DNA of 24,760 bases, from NCBI GenBank assembly GCA_050486505.1, contig JBJHDK010000036.1, forward strand, positions 1 through 24,760, read 5' to 3'. Shown here piece by piece: positions 8,655 through 16,482 of this stretch. Each line of letters opens with the position of its first letter. The stretch's first letter is position 1. The notes beneath the pieces were generated by a model. The model had not been told where the DNA came from, did no database searches, and was given only the letters and a program-made list of their open reading frames with translations. The DNA is from Fibrobacteria bacterium. GTDB taxonomy: Bacteria; Fibrobacterota; Fibrobacteria; UBA11236. The position numbers were made by a program, and so were the translations under genes.

Positions 8655-8805
8655 GAAAGTAGGAATTACGAATTAAGAATTACGAATGAGAGGGCGTGCC
8701 AAGGAATACGAAGACGCGCGATTTGCCAGCCCCCCCTATGGACGCCTCACGCAAACACGGGTCCCGTCTTCAATTCTTAATTCGTAATTCTTAATTCGTA
8801 ATTCT
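8655..8805. repeat. Heptamer-armed inverted element, copy 2
   Basis: GAAAGTA GGAATTA CGAATTA AGAATTA CGAATGA (8655-8689); 81-bp core 8690-8770; CAATTCT TAATTCG TAATTCT TAATTCG TAATTCT (8771-8805). Confidence 0.9.
8656..8661 (-). promoter_or_regulatory. Putative -10 box 7 nt upstream of the mlaD ATG
   Basis: TACTTT-ccccccc-ATG, no Shine-Dalgarno. Confidence 0.45.
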
Positions 8806-8808
8806 CGT

Positions 8809-9840
8809 TCACTCATGCACTTCCTTCCCGAGGCGCGAAAGGCCTTCGCCGCGGGATTTTTCACGCATAGTCTCGATGAGCTTTTCATTGAAAAGCTTGG
8901 CCGCATCGACACCGTTCATCTTGAGCAACATGTTCATCGCGATCACCTCGGAGATCACCGTGATGTTCTTGCCCGGAGAAATCGGGATGATGACCTTCGG
9001 CACCGAAATGCCGATCATCTCGGTGTGGATCGGATCGAGACCGGTGCGGTCATAACTTTCCCCCTCGATCCACCGCTGCAACTCGACCACCACCTCGACC
9101 TTCTTCGTGTTGCGGATGGCGCGGATCCCGAAAAGCTTGCCCACGTCGACGATGCCAATGCCGCGGATCTCCATGTGGTGCCCGAGAATCTTGTTTCCGC
9201 GCCCGATGATGGAGCGCCCCTTGCGGGTCAGGTTGACGATGTCGTCGGCGACAAGCCGGTGGCCTCGCTCAACAAGGTCGAGCACGCACTCGCTCTTCCC
9301 CACCCCGCTCTCGCCAACGTAAAGCATTCCGACGCCGTACACATCAACCAGCGAGGCATGCACCGAGCAATACGGGGCGAACCAGTCCTCGAGGATGTCC
9401 TGCACCTCTGTGCAGAAGTCCAAGGTCTCGCGCGCGGTGGAAAACACCGGAACGTTCTGCTCGCGGCACATCTCGAGCAGCTCCTCGTGGGGGCTCGCAT
9501 TGTGCGTCAACACCCAGAGGGGCGAGCGGAACTCGCGAATGCTGTCGAAAATCTCACGTCGCTTGTCCGGGCCGACCGATTCGAGATAGAACCACTCCGT
9601 CGTTCCGATGATCTGGACCCGCTGGTAGCTGTACACTTGCGTGAACCCGGCCAGGGCGAGTCCGGGACGATGCAGGCTCGACTCGATGATCTCTGTCACC
9701 AATGACGCTTCGGACGTGCGCAAGGTCAACGCCAGGTCCTCGCGCGACTGAATGAAAAAGTCCCTCACGGGGAGGGACCTTTTCCGGTGAATGTCCAATC
9801 GGCTGAAGTCCATCGAATCGGCCACGGGCGTCTCCTGCAC
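8809..9840 (-). CDS. hprK: HPr(Ser) kinase/phosphorylase
   Basis: HRPGLALAGF, Walker A GESGVGKSE, LVADD, HHMEIRGIGIVD signature. Start is GTG 9840 or ATG 9813. Confidence 0.95.
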   Translation of the reverse strand: MQETPVADSMDFSRLDIHRKRSLPVRDFFIQSREDLALTLRTSEASLVTEIIESSLHRPGLALAGFTQVYSYQRVQIIGTTEWFYLESVGPDKRREIFDSIREFRSPLWVLTHNASPHEELLEMCREQNVPVFSTARETLDFCTEVQDILEDWFAPYCSVHASLVDVYGVGMLYVGESGVGKSECVLDLVERGHRLVADDIVNLTRKGRSIIGRGNKILGHHMEIRGIGIVDVGKLFGIRAIRNTKKVEVVVELQRWIEGESYDRTGLDPIHTEMIGISVPKVIIPISPGKNITVISEVIAMNMLLKMNGVDAAKLFNEKLIETMREKSRGEGLSRLGKEVHE

Positions 9841-9858
9841 CCCGCCTGCGCCTGGCGC

Positions 9859-10182
9859 CTAGGCGGGAATCGCGGCGGAGAGCGGCTCCGCCTTGTGAAT
9901 CTTGAGTTTCTCGTTTTCCTTCTTGAGCTGGCGCTCCAGTTTCTCCAGCATCATTTCGATGGCCTTTCCCATCGAGCCCTCCTCGGCATGCGCGACCACG
10001 GATTTCTCGCGGATGCTCACGATCCCTTCCGCGCGAGCCAGCCCGGCTTGCCCCGCATCGAGAATAATATGTATCCCGGTGATGGAATCGTTGAAGCGTC
10101 CCAGTTTTTCCATGCTTTCGACCAGGTTCCTGTGCAGCGAGCGCGAAGCGTGATAATGGCGGGCGGTGATCTGGATTTGCAT
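9859..10182 (-). CDS. hpf: Ribosome hibernation promoting factor (short HPF/RaiA)
   Basis: MQIQITARH...KLERQLKKENEKLK; strong SD GAAAGGAG; directly downstream of rpoN. Confidence 0.88.
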   Translation of the reverse strand: MQIQITARHYHASRSLHRNLVESMEKLGRFNDSITGIHIILDAGQAGLARAEGIVSIREKSVVAHAEEGSMGKAIEMMLEKLERQLKKENEKLKIHKAEPLSAAIPA

Positions 10183-10276
10183 GCGGATCTCCTTTCGGGA
10201 GGTTGAAGGGGACGGGGGTACCCTTCCTTAATCTACTCCGTTCGGGCCCCGCGGCAATCCGACTTTCGGCCGACCG

Positions 10277-11830
10277 TCAATATTTCTTCCGCAGGCGCGC
10301 GGGAAGGATTTCGAGCTGGTCGCGATATTTGGCCACGGTCCGCCGCGCGACGTCCAGCCCCCTCTCCTTCAGCAGTTCCACGATTTTCTGGTCGCTGAGC
10401 GGATTTTTGGGGTCCTCTTCCGCGATCAGTTTGCGGATCTCGTCGCGGGCCGCCACCGAGGACACTTCGCTGCCGTCGCTCTGGGTCACCGCGGCCGAGA
10501 AGAAATACTTGAGCTCGAACACCCCGTGCGGCGTCTGGACGTACTTGCCGTTGGTCACGCGACTGATGGTCGAAATGTGCATGCCGATCTTGTCCGCGAT
10601 CTGCTGGAGAATGAGCGGGCGCAAGTGAGCCGGCCCCTTGCGGAAGAAATCGGGCTGACTTTCGATGATCGCATGCATCACCTTCAGCATCGTCGATTTG
10701 CGCTGTTCGATGGCACGGATCAGCCAGGTCGCGGCGTTGAGCTTGGCCCGCACGAATTTCTTTTCTTCGTCGGTGGCCTTGCTGCCCTTGCGCATCAGCC
10801 CCGCATAAGCCCTGGAAATACGAAGCGAAGGCATGTTGCGATCGTTCAGCAGCAGCACAAGTTCGCCCTCGATCTCTTCGACGATCAGGTCCGGAGTCAC
10901 CGCGACGGCGGCCGGTGTGCCGTAGAGCCGGCCCGGATGCGGTTCCAGGGTCCCGATCTCCCGGATCGCCTCCTGGATCGCCTCCGCCGTGGTCTCGTGC
11001 CGCTTTGCGAGGGCCGAAATCCTGAGCCGTTCGAGCAGCTCGAAGTCTTCCTCCACGATGCGACGCGCCAGCCCGGAAACATCGTCCCGGCGGCGAAGCT
11101 GCAACAAAAGGCATTCACGAAGGTTACGGGCGCCCACCCCCGGCGGATCGAGGGACTGCAGCACATGCAGGGCCTCGCGTACTTCCGCAGACGCGGAGAC
11201 GGCTTCCAGCCGCCCTTCGAGATAAGCCTGGATTTCACCATGCCGTGGATCACCGTCATCCACACCGGGACGCCCGGCCGTGTCCGCCTCCAGGGACAGC
11301 CAACCGCGCTCGTCGAGACTGTACACGAGATATTCCACCAGCTCGGCCACCCGGGGGGCGACTTCGCGATCATGCAGTTGCTCCAGCAACGCATCCTGCA
11401 AGGAGCGTTCATAAACCGGGGCCCGCTCGAAATACTCCTCGGAGGCGTCCCGCTCGGCACGCGGCTCTCCCGTATCGGAACCGTCGTCGAGATAGGTTTC
11501 CCAGTCGATCTCGTCGGCGGGAGCGGTTTCTTCGGGAAGCTCCGCCGCCTTGAAGTCCGGGGCATCCTCTGCAACGCTCCCGCCATCCGCATTCTCCCGT
11601 ATTTCCGCGGATTCGGAGTCCGCAGGTTCCTCCTGGGCGGGCGTCTCGTCGTCATCGAGATCGCGCACTTCGTCGGCGGCCTCCAGCAGGGGATTCGTCT
11701 CAAGCTCCTGCTTGACGGCCATTTCCAGCTCCATGGCATTCATCTGCAAGAGCTGGAGGGACTGGATCATCTGGGGCGAGAGCTTTTGCTCAAGCCCCAT
11801 GTTCAGCCCGAAATTCAGGTTCAGGTTCAT
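10277..11830 (-). CDS. rpoN: RNA polymerase sigma-54 factor
   Basis: Region I LSPQMIQSLQLLQ, DPPGVGARNLRECLLLQL, MHISTISR and RpoN box ARRTVAKYR; ATG 11830. Confidence 0.97.
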   Translation of the reverse strand: MNLNLNFGLNMGLEQKLSPQMIQSLQLLQMNAMELEMAVKQELETNPLLEAADEVRDLDDDETPAQEEPADSESAEIRENADGGSVAEDAPDFKAAELPEETAPADEIDWETYLDDGSDTGEPRAERDASEEYFERAPVYERSLQDALLEQLHDREVAPRVAELVEYLVYSLDERGWLSLEADTAGRPGVDDGDPRHGEIQAYLEGRLEAVSASAEVREALHVLQSLDPPGVGARNLRECLLLQLRRRDDVSGLARRIVEEDFELLERLRISALAKRHETTAEAIQEAIREIGTLEPHPGRLYGTPAAVAVTPDLIVEEIEGELVLLLNDRNMPSLRISRAYAGLMRKGSKATDEEKKFVRAKLNAATWLIRAIEQRKSTMLKVMHAIIESQPDFFRKGPAHLRPLILQQIADKIGMHISTISRVTNGKYVQTPHGVFELKYFFSAAVTQSDGSEVSSVAARDEIRKLIAEEDPKNPLSDQKIVELLKERGLDVARRTVAKYRDQLEILPARLRKKY

Positions 11831-11834
11831 GGGA

Positions 11835-12563
11835 TCAGGCCAATGAGAACGACTTGCCGAGGTAGATGCGGCGGGCTTCCGGATCGCGCGCAAGGTCCTC
11901 CGCGTTTCCTTCCACCAGCACCTTGCCCTCGAACATGATGTAGGCGCGGTTGGTCGTCGCCAATGTCTCGCGCACGCTGTGATCGGTGATGAGAATCCCC
12001 ATGCCGCGGTCACGCAGCGTGAAGATCACGGACTGGATATCTTCGACCGCAATGGGGTCGATGCCCGCAAAGGGTTCGTCGAGCAACAAAAAATCGGGGC
12101 GCGTGGTCAGGGCCCGCGCGATCTCGAGACGCCGGCGTTCGCCGCCCGAGAGCGTGTACGCCTTGCTCTTGCGCAGTCGTGCGATCTTGAACTCCTCCAT
12201 GAGACGATCCGCCTCTGCGTGCCGCGCGGCCCGGTCGAGTCCGGTGCGCGTCTCCAGCACGGCCAGCAGGTTCTCCTCCACGGTCAGCTTGCGGAACACC
12301 GAGGTTTCCTGCGGCAGGTAGCCGATCCCGAGCCGGGCGCGCTGGTACATCGGCAGCCCCGACACATCGCGATCATCCACGTGAATCTTTCCGCCATCGG
12401 GGCGAATCATGCCGACGATCATGTAAAAGGAGGTTGTCTTGCCCGCCCCGTTCGGACCGAGCAGGCCGACGACCTCGCCCTGCTCCACGTGCACCGAAAC
12501 CCCGTCGACCACGCGACGGCCTCCGTAGACCTTCACCAGGGACTCGGTGCGGATCCGCTTCAA
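11835..12563 (-). CDS. lptB: LPS export ABC transporter ATPase
   Basis: GPNGAGKTT, YLPQE, LSGGERRRLEIAR, DEPFAGIDP, ITDHSVRETL. TTG start overlaps the upstream TGA. Confidence 0.95.
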   Translation of the reverse strand: MKRIRTESLVKVYGGRRVVDGVSVHVEQGEVVGLLGPNGAGKTTSFYMIVGMIRPDGGKIHVDDRDVSGLPMYQRARLGIGYLPQETSVFRKLTVEENLLAVLETRTGLDRAARHAEADRLMEEFKIARLRKSKAYTLSGGERRRLEIARALTTRPDFLLLDEPFAGIDPIAVEDIQSVIFTLRDRGMGILITDHSVRETLATTNRAYIMFEGKVLVEGNAEDLARDPEARRIYLGKSFSLA

Positions 12564-13750
12564 CGTGCAACCCCCGTGGCCCGGCCGACGGTATCCGCTC
12601 CGCCCAGACCGATCCCCTCGTACACGCCGCGGGCGCGCCCCTTGACCAGCACTTCCTCCACCTTTCCCTCCCGGAAGCCGAACTGGATGGTATCCCCCTC
12701 GGCCCTGTTTCTGCCTTTCAGCGTATCCTCCTCGAAATGATAATAGGTGCTTCGTGCCGACCCCAGCACCTCTGCCTCGCGCGCCTGACGGTCGCGGAAA
12801 CGCAGCACCATGTAGTCGCCCAGCATACGGTTGACGTAGTCGGGACGCTCCGGCTCCCAGTACGTGCCTTCCGCGCTGTCGAACACCTCAACACTGTCGA
12901 CCCCGCCGTCGCGGAAGGCCAGCAGCAGGGAGTCGCCCGTCACCCGTGACTGTCGCGCTCTCGAGGTGTCGGTTGCGGCCTCGAATGAAAGGGCCTCGGC
13001 CTCTCCGCGCACGCGCAGGCTGCGCAAGGTCTCGCCGTCGAGCGCGAGACGCATGAACAGGCCGCGCACCTCGCTGTCCTCGACCTGGGCGACCGGGGAT
13101 CCCGAAAGAAAGAGGGAGTCCTCCCGCTGGCGATACTCCGCTTCGCTTGCCGTGATGCGCAGGTCGCGCCGCGTGATGACCACATCGCCCACGGCGCGCG
13201 CGGTCGCCATGGAGTCATTGTACGTGAGGCGGTTTCCGCGGATCGTCAGCGTGTCGGCCGCGCGGCCTGCGGACGACGCGTCGTCCGGATCGGGTTCGGT
13301 CGCGGAATAGAAGCGCCGCGCCATCGGAGCGCCCGAGAGGACCGCGTCCCCGGTGACGCGGTTGTAGACGAGGCGCCGCCCGCTCGCCTCGACCTCGCCC
13401 GCGGAATCGCGCATGAAGACATTGCCCTCGGCGCGGGCGAGGTTGGCGTCGCGATCATACGAGCCGCGGTCCGCTGTGAGCAGCGATCCCCGGTGCGTCA
13501 CGCGCATGCCGTCCTCGCAGACGACCTGGTTCTTCTCGCGACGCCACAGGGCGCGGCGCGTCTCGAGGCGCAGCTCCCCGTGCCGGAAGCGCACGTTGCC
13601 CGTCAGCACGTACTCCTCGGAAAGACGCGCGCCTTCCATGCGGTCCGCGTTCTCGAGCACGAGGGGTTGGGTGGCGCCCTGCGCGTGCGCCGTGGAAACA
13701 CCCGCGACAACGAGCAGCGCGAAGACCATCAGAAAGATGAAGGAGCGCAT
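12560..13750 (-). CDS. Long OstA/LptA-family periplasmic beta-jellyroll protein
   Basis: Signal peptide (..STAHA|Q); repeated LTGNVRF / ARAEGNVFM / ARAVGDVVI OstA-like strands; between lptC and lptB; 396 aa. Confidence 0.8.
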   Translation of the reverse strand: MRSFIFLMVFALLVVAGVSTAHAQGATQPLVLENADRMEGARLSEEYVLTGNVRFRHGELRLETRRALWRREKNQVVCEDGMRVTHRGSLLTADRGSYDRDANLARAEGNVFMRDSAGEVEASGRRLVYNRVTGDAVLSGAPMARRFYSATEPDPDDASSAGRAADTLTIRGNRLTYNDSMATARAVGDVVITRRDLRITASEAEYRQREDSLFLSGSPVAQVEDSEVRGLFMRLALDGETLRSLRVRGEAEALSFEAATDTSRARQSRVTGDSLLLAFRDGGVDSVEVFDSAEGTYWEPERPDYVNRMLGDYMVLRFRDRQAREAEVLGSARSTYYHFEEDTLKGRNRAEGDTIQFGFREGKVEEVLVKGRARGVYEGIGLGGADTVGRATGVAR

Positions 13751-13751
13751 G

Positions 13752-14354
13752 TCAGTCCCGGCCCGGGCCGTCGGCCTCGCGGGCACGATCCTCCGCGTCG
13801 GGGAACACCCCGCGGACGTCGGAGAGGATTTGCCAGCGATCGAGGTTCGCGTCCGAGACGAAGCCGCGCCCGGTGAGTTCATCGCCGTTCTCCGAAATCA
13901 CCCGTACTTCCGCCTCGGTGGAGACGTGGTCGAGCGACTTGCTCCAACGGAGAGAGTCGGTGAACAGTTCCATGCCCTTGGCCGAGCGGCCATGGACGTT
14001 GCCTTTCGCGAGCAGAAAGTTCACGGGTTCATCGACCGCACCGGAGTCGGCCGTGACGCGCACCAGGAACGCACCCGTGCTGTCGAAAACCTCGAGATCG
14101 ACCGGCGTGGCGTGCACCAGTTCGCTCCCCGGCCAGCGCACCATGCGCAACGTGGTCAGGCGCCAGCTGAGGCGCGAGCCGTCGTGCATGTCGAGCACGG
14201 TCGTGTCGCGGTACTCGGTGAGCGGCAGGGGCTCCCCTTCCCCGTCGTGGGCTGGATCGTCACCCCCGCCCCCGCACCCTGCAAGGGCAAGCGCGGCGAC
14301 GAAGGCCGACACCCGCGCGATGCCGGCAGGATGGCGTTGCATGAAAGGGAGCAT
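13752..14354 (-). CDS. lptC: LPS export periplasmic protein LptC (lipoprotein type)
   Basis: Lipobox LAGC; VTADSG, AKGNV, LFTDSLRW, LTGRGFVSDANL pattern. Start is ATG 14354 or 14342. Confidence 0.8.
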   Translation of the reverse strand: MLPFMQRHPAGIARVSAFVAALALAGCGGGGDDPAHDGEGEPLPLTEYRDTTVLDMHDGSRLSWRLTTLRMVRWPGSELVHATPVDLEVFDSTGAFLVRVTADSGAVDEPVNFLLAKGNVHGRSAKGMELFTDSLRWSKSLDHVSTEAEVRVISENGDELTGRGFVSDANLDRWQILSDVRGVFPDAEDRAREADGPGRD

Positions 14355-14361
14355 GGGCGCA

Positions 14362-14367
14362 AAAATA
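14362..14367 (-). promoter_or_regulatory. Putative -10 box 7 nt upstream of the lptC ATG
   Basis: TATTTT-tgcgccc-ATG in the AT-rich divergent lptC/MATE gap. Confidence 0.45.
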
Positions 14368-14390
14368 CCATTGTTATATTGCCCCGTTCC

Positions 14391-15827
14391 TTGAAAAAGC
14401 CCGCCCGCGATCTCACCCAAGGCCCGGTTCCCGGCCACATCCTGCGCATGTCCCTTCCCGTTCTCATCGGGATGTCGGCGCAGATGCTGCTCTACGTCAT
14501 CGACGGCATCTACGTGGGCCGTCTCGGCCGCGCCGAGAGCGTCGCGGTCCTCAACTACGGCTTCCCCGTCTTCTACCTGCTCTTCGCGTTCTTCAATGGC
14601 CTGAGCATCGGCACCAACTCAACGCTCGCGCGCCTGCTGGGCGCCCGCCGCGACGCCGACGCCGAGCGCACCCTCGGGCAGATCCTGCTGGTGGCCCTGG
14701 GCATCTTCGCCTCCGTGGTCCTGCTGCTGCCCCTGGCTCTCTCCGCCTACCTCTCCTTCCTCAGGGCGAGCCCCGAAAGCGCCGCGCTGGCACAAGAGTT
14801 CCTCTTCTGGCTGTTTCTCGGCATGCCCTTCGTGCTCATCACCCTGTCGCTCGGTGGCGGGCTGCGTGCCGAGGGCAACATGCGCGCCCTGGCCAACGCG
14901 CAAATCCTCGCCGTGTTGCTCAACATCGTCATCGCGCCCTTCTTCATCTTCTCCGGCTTCCGCTTCCTGGGCATCGACTTCACCGGCTTCGGGTGGGGCG
15001 TGAAGGGCGCGGGCCTGGCGACCACCACGGCCAACGCCTTCGCCGCCCTCTACGTGCTGCGCCTCTACCTCTCGGGCCGCTCGCGCATCCGCTGGAAGCC
15101 CCTGCCTGCATGGAACGACATCTCCGGGGTCCGCAGCATCTTCGCCGTGGGCGTCCCCTCGAGCGTCTCCCAAATCCTCATCGGCATCAACTGGATCCTG
15201 ATGACCCGCCTCGCCGCGGGCTTCGGGGAAAGCGCCGTCGCCGCCATCGGCATCGGCGGACGCCTCGACCTGCTGGCGGTCTTCCCGGCACTGGCCGTGA
15301 TGACCGCCGTACTCACCATGGTCGGGCAGAACTTCGGCGCGGGGCGCTACGACCGCGTGCGCGCCTCCGTGCGCGCCGGGCTCATCACCGGGTTCACCGG
15401 CCTGGCCTCCATCGGCCTCATCGTCTTCATCTCGCGCCACGGCCTCGTCGGGCTCTTCGGGCAGGATCCGCGCACCCACGCCGCCGCTGTGCACTTCGTC
15501 GCCATGCAATGCCTCGGCTACGGGCTCATCGGCATCAACATCGTTTGCAGCGGCGCGTTCCAGGGGCTCGGGCGCGGCATGCCCTTCCTCCTGCTCACCA
15601 CCATGCGCCTGCTTCTCATCGCGCTCCCGCTCGCACTGATGCTCTCGCTCACGGTGGGCGAGTACGGCCTGCACTACGCGCCCGTGATCGCCAACTTCGT
15701 CACGGCCGTCATCGCCCTGTTGTGGATCCGCCATGCGCTGCGCAAGCTCCCCGCCATGCCGGAACCCGTCGGGACGGAGACGGGGGTTCCCTCCGCGGCC
15801 GACCCCGCCACCGGGGGGACCCGGTGA
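14391..15827 (+). CDS. MATE family efflux transporter
   Basis: DLTQGPV, IDGIYVGRLG, LRAEGNM, GVKGAGLAT, VGQNFGAGRYDRVR motifs; many TM segments. Probable TTG start at 14391. Confidence 0.92.
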   Translation: MKKPARDLTQGPVPGHILRMSLPVLIGMSAQMLLYVIDGIYVGRLGRAESVAVLNYGFPVFYLLFAFFNGLSIGTNSTLARLLGARRDADAERTLGQILLVALGIFASVVLLLPLALSAYLSFLRASPESAALAQEFLFWLFLGMPFVLITLSLGGGLRAEGNMRALANAQILAVLLNIVIAPFFIFSGFRFLGIDFTGFGWGVKGAGLATTTANAFAALYVLRLYLSGRSRIRWKPLPAWNDISGVRSIFAVGVPSSVSQILIGINWILMTRLAAGFGESAVAAIGIGGRLDLLAVFPALAVMTAVLTMVGQNFGAGRYDRVRASVRAGLITGFTGLASIGLIVFISRHGLVGLFGQDPRTHAAAVHFVAMQCLGYGLIGINIVCSGAFQGLGRGMPFLLLTTMRLLLIALPLALMLSLTVGEYGLHYAPVIANFVTAVIALLWIRHALRKLPAMPEPVGTETGVPSAADPATGGTR

Positions 15828-16318
15828 AGGCCCCCCATCCCTCTCATCCCTCCCCGGAATCCGCGGGATCTTCGGGCGTTTCGGAAACGACCCTCCAGCC
15901 GCGCTATTCCGACACCGACGCCATGGGCGTGGTGTATTACGCCAACTACCTCGCCTACTTCGAGGTGGCGCGCACCACCGCGCTGGCGGAACTGGGGCAC
16001 CCTTACTGGGAAATGGAGAAGCGCGGCCTGCTCATCCCCGTGCTGCGCGCGCATTGCGAGTACCTCAAGCCCGCACGCTACGGCGACACGCTGCGCATTC
16101 GCACGGTGCGCACACGGCTCGGGCGCGCGCGCATCCGCTTCGAGTACGCGCTGTACCGGGACGGTTCGGACGAAGTCCTCGCCACGGGATACACGGAACA
16201 CGCCTTCATGAATCCGGCGGGGAAACCGCTGCGCCCACCGGCGGAGATCATGCTGTTGTTCCCGGAATCAACTGAGAAGCACGGGTCACCGGTGACGGGC
16301 GAAAGGGTGGGCAAGTGA
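15824..16318 (+). CDS. Acyl-CoA thioesterase (YbgC/FadM hotdog family)
   Basis: PRYSDTDAMGVVYYANYLAYFEVART, YLKPARYGD. GTG start overlaps the MATE TGA (GTGA). Confidence 0.9.
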   Translation: MKAPHPSHPSPESAGSSGVSETTLQPRYSDTDAMGVVYYANYLAYFEVARTTALAELGHPYWEMEKRGLLIPVLRAHCEYLKPARYGDTLRIRTVRTRLGRARIRFEYALYRDGSDEVLATGYTEHAFMNPAGKPLRPPAEIMLLFPESTEKHGSPVTGERVGK

Positions 16319-16466
16319 ATTACGAGTTACGAATTACGAGTTACGAATGCTGGGGAGACACCTTGCCTGCAAAGATCCGAGACAGCGGTGCGATGTGTCC
16401 GGACACTTCATGCAACCACGAACCCTGTGTTCAATTCGTAATTCTTAATTCGTAATTCTTAATTTC
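16316..16466. repeat. Heptamer-armed inverted element, copy 3
   Basis: TGAATTA CGAGTTA CGAATTA CGAGTTA CGAATGC (16316-16350); 81-bp core 16351-16431; CAATTCG TAATTCT TAATTCG TAATTCT TAATTTC (16432-16466). Confidence 0.9.
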
Positions 16467-16482
16467 TCCCTCAGGAGATCCC

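Noticed and set aside
10183..10276. Possible sigma54 promoter before hpf
   Set aside because: GG and TTGC are 14 nt apart, not the required 10.
13413..14390. N-terminal extensions making an 804-aa MATE, 255-aa EF-P, 578-aa RpoN, 993-aa Omp85 and 441-aa thioesterase
   Set aside because: They overlap real neighbouring genes; family homology begins at the downstream starts given.
14619..15734. Long antisense ORFs (also 3793-5301, 10526-11938, 19958-22672)
   Set aside because: Shadow frames of high-GC3 genes with no recognisable motifs.
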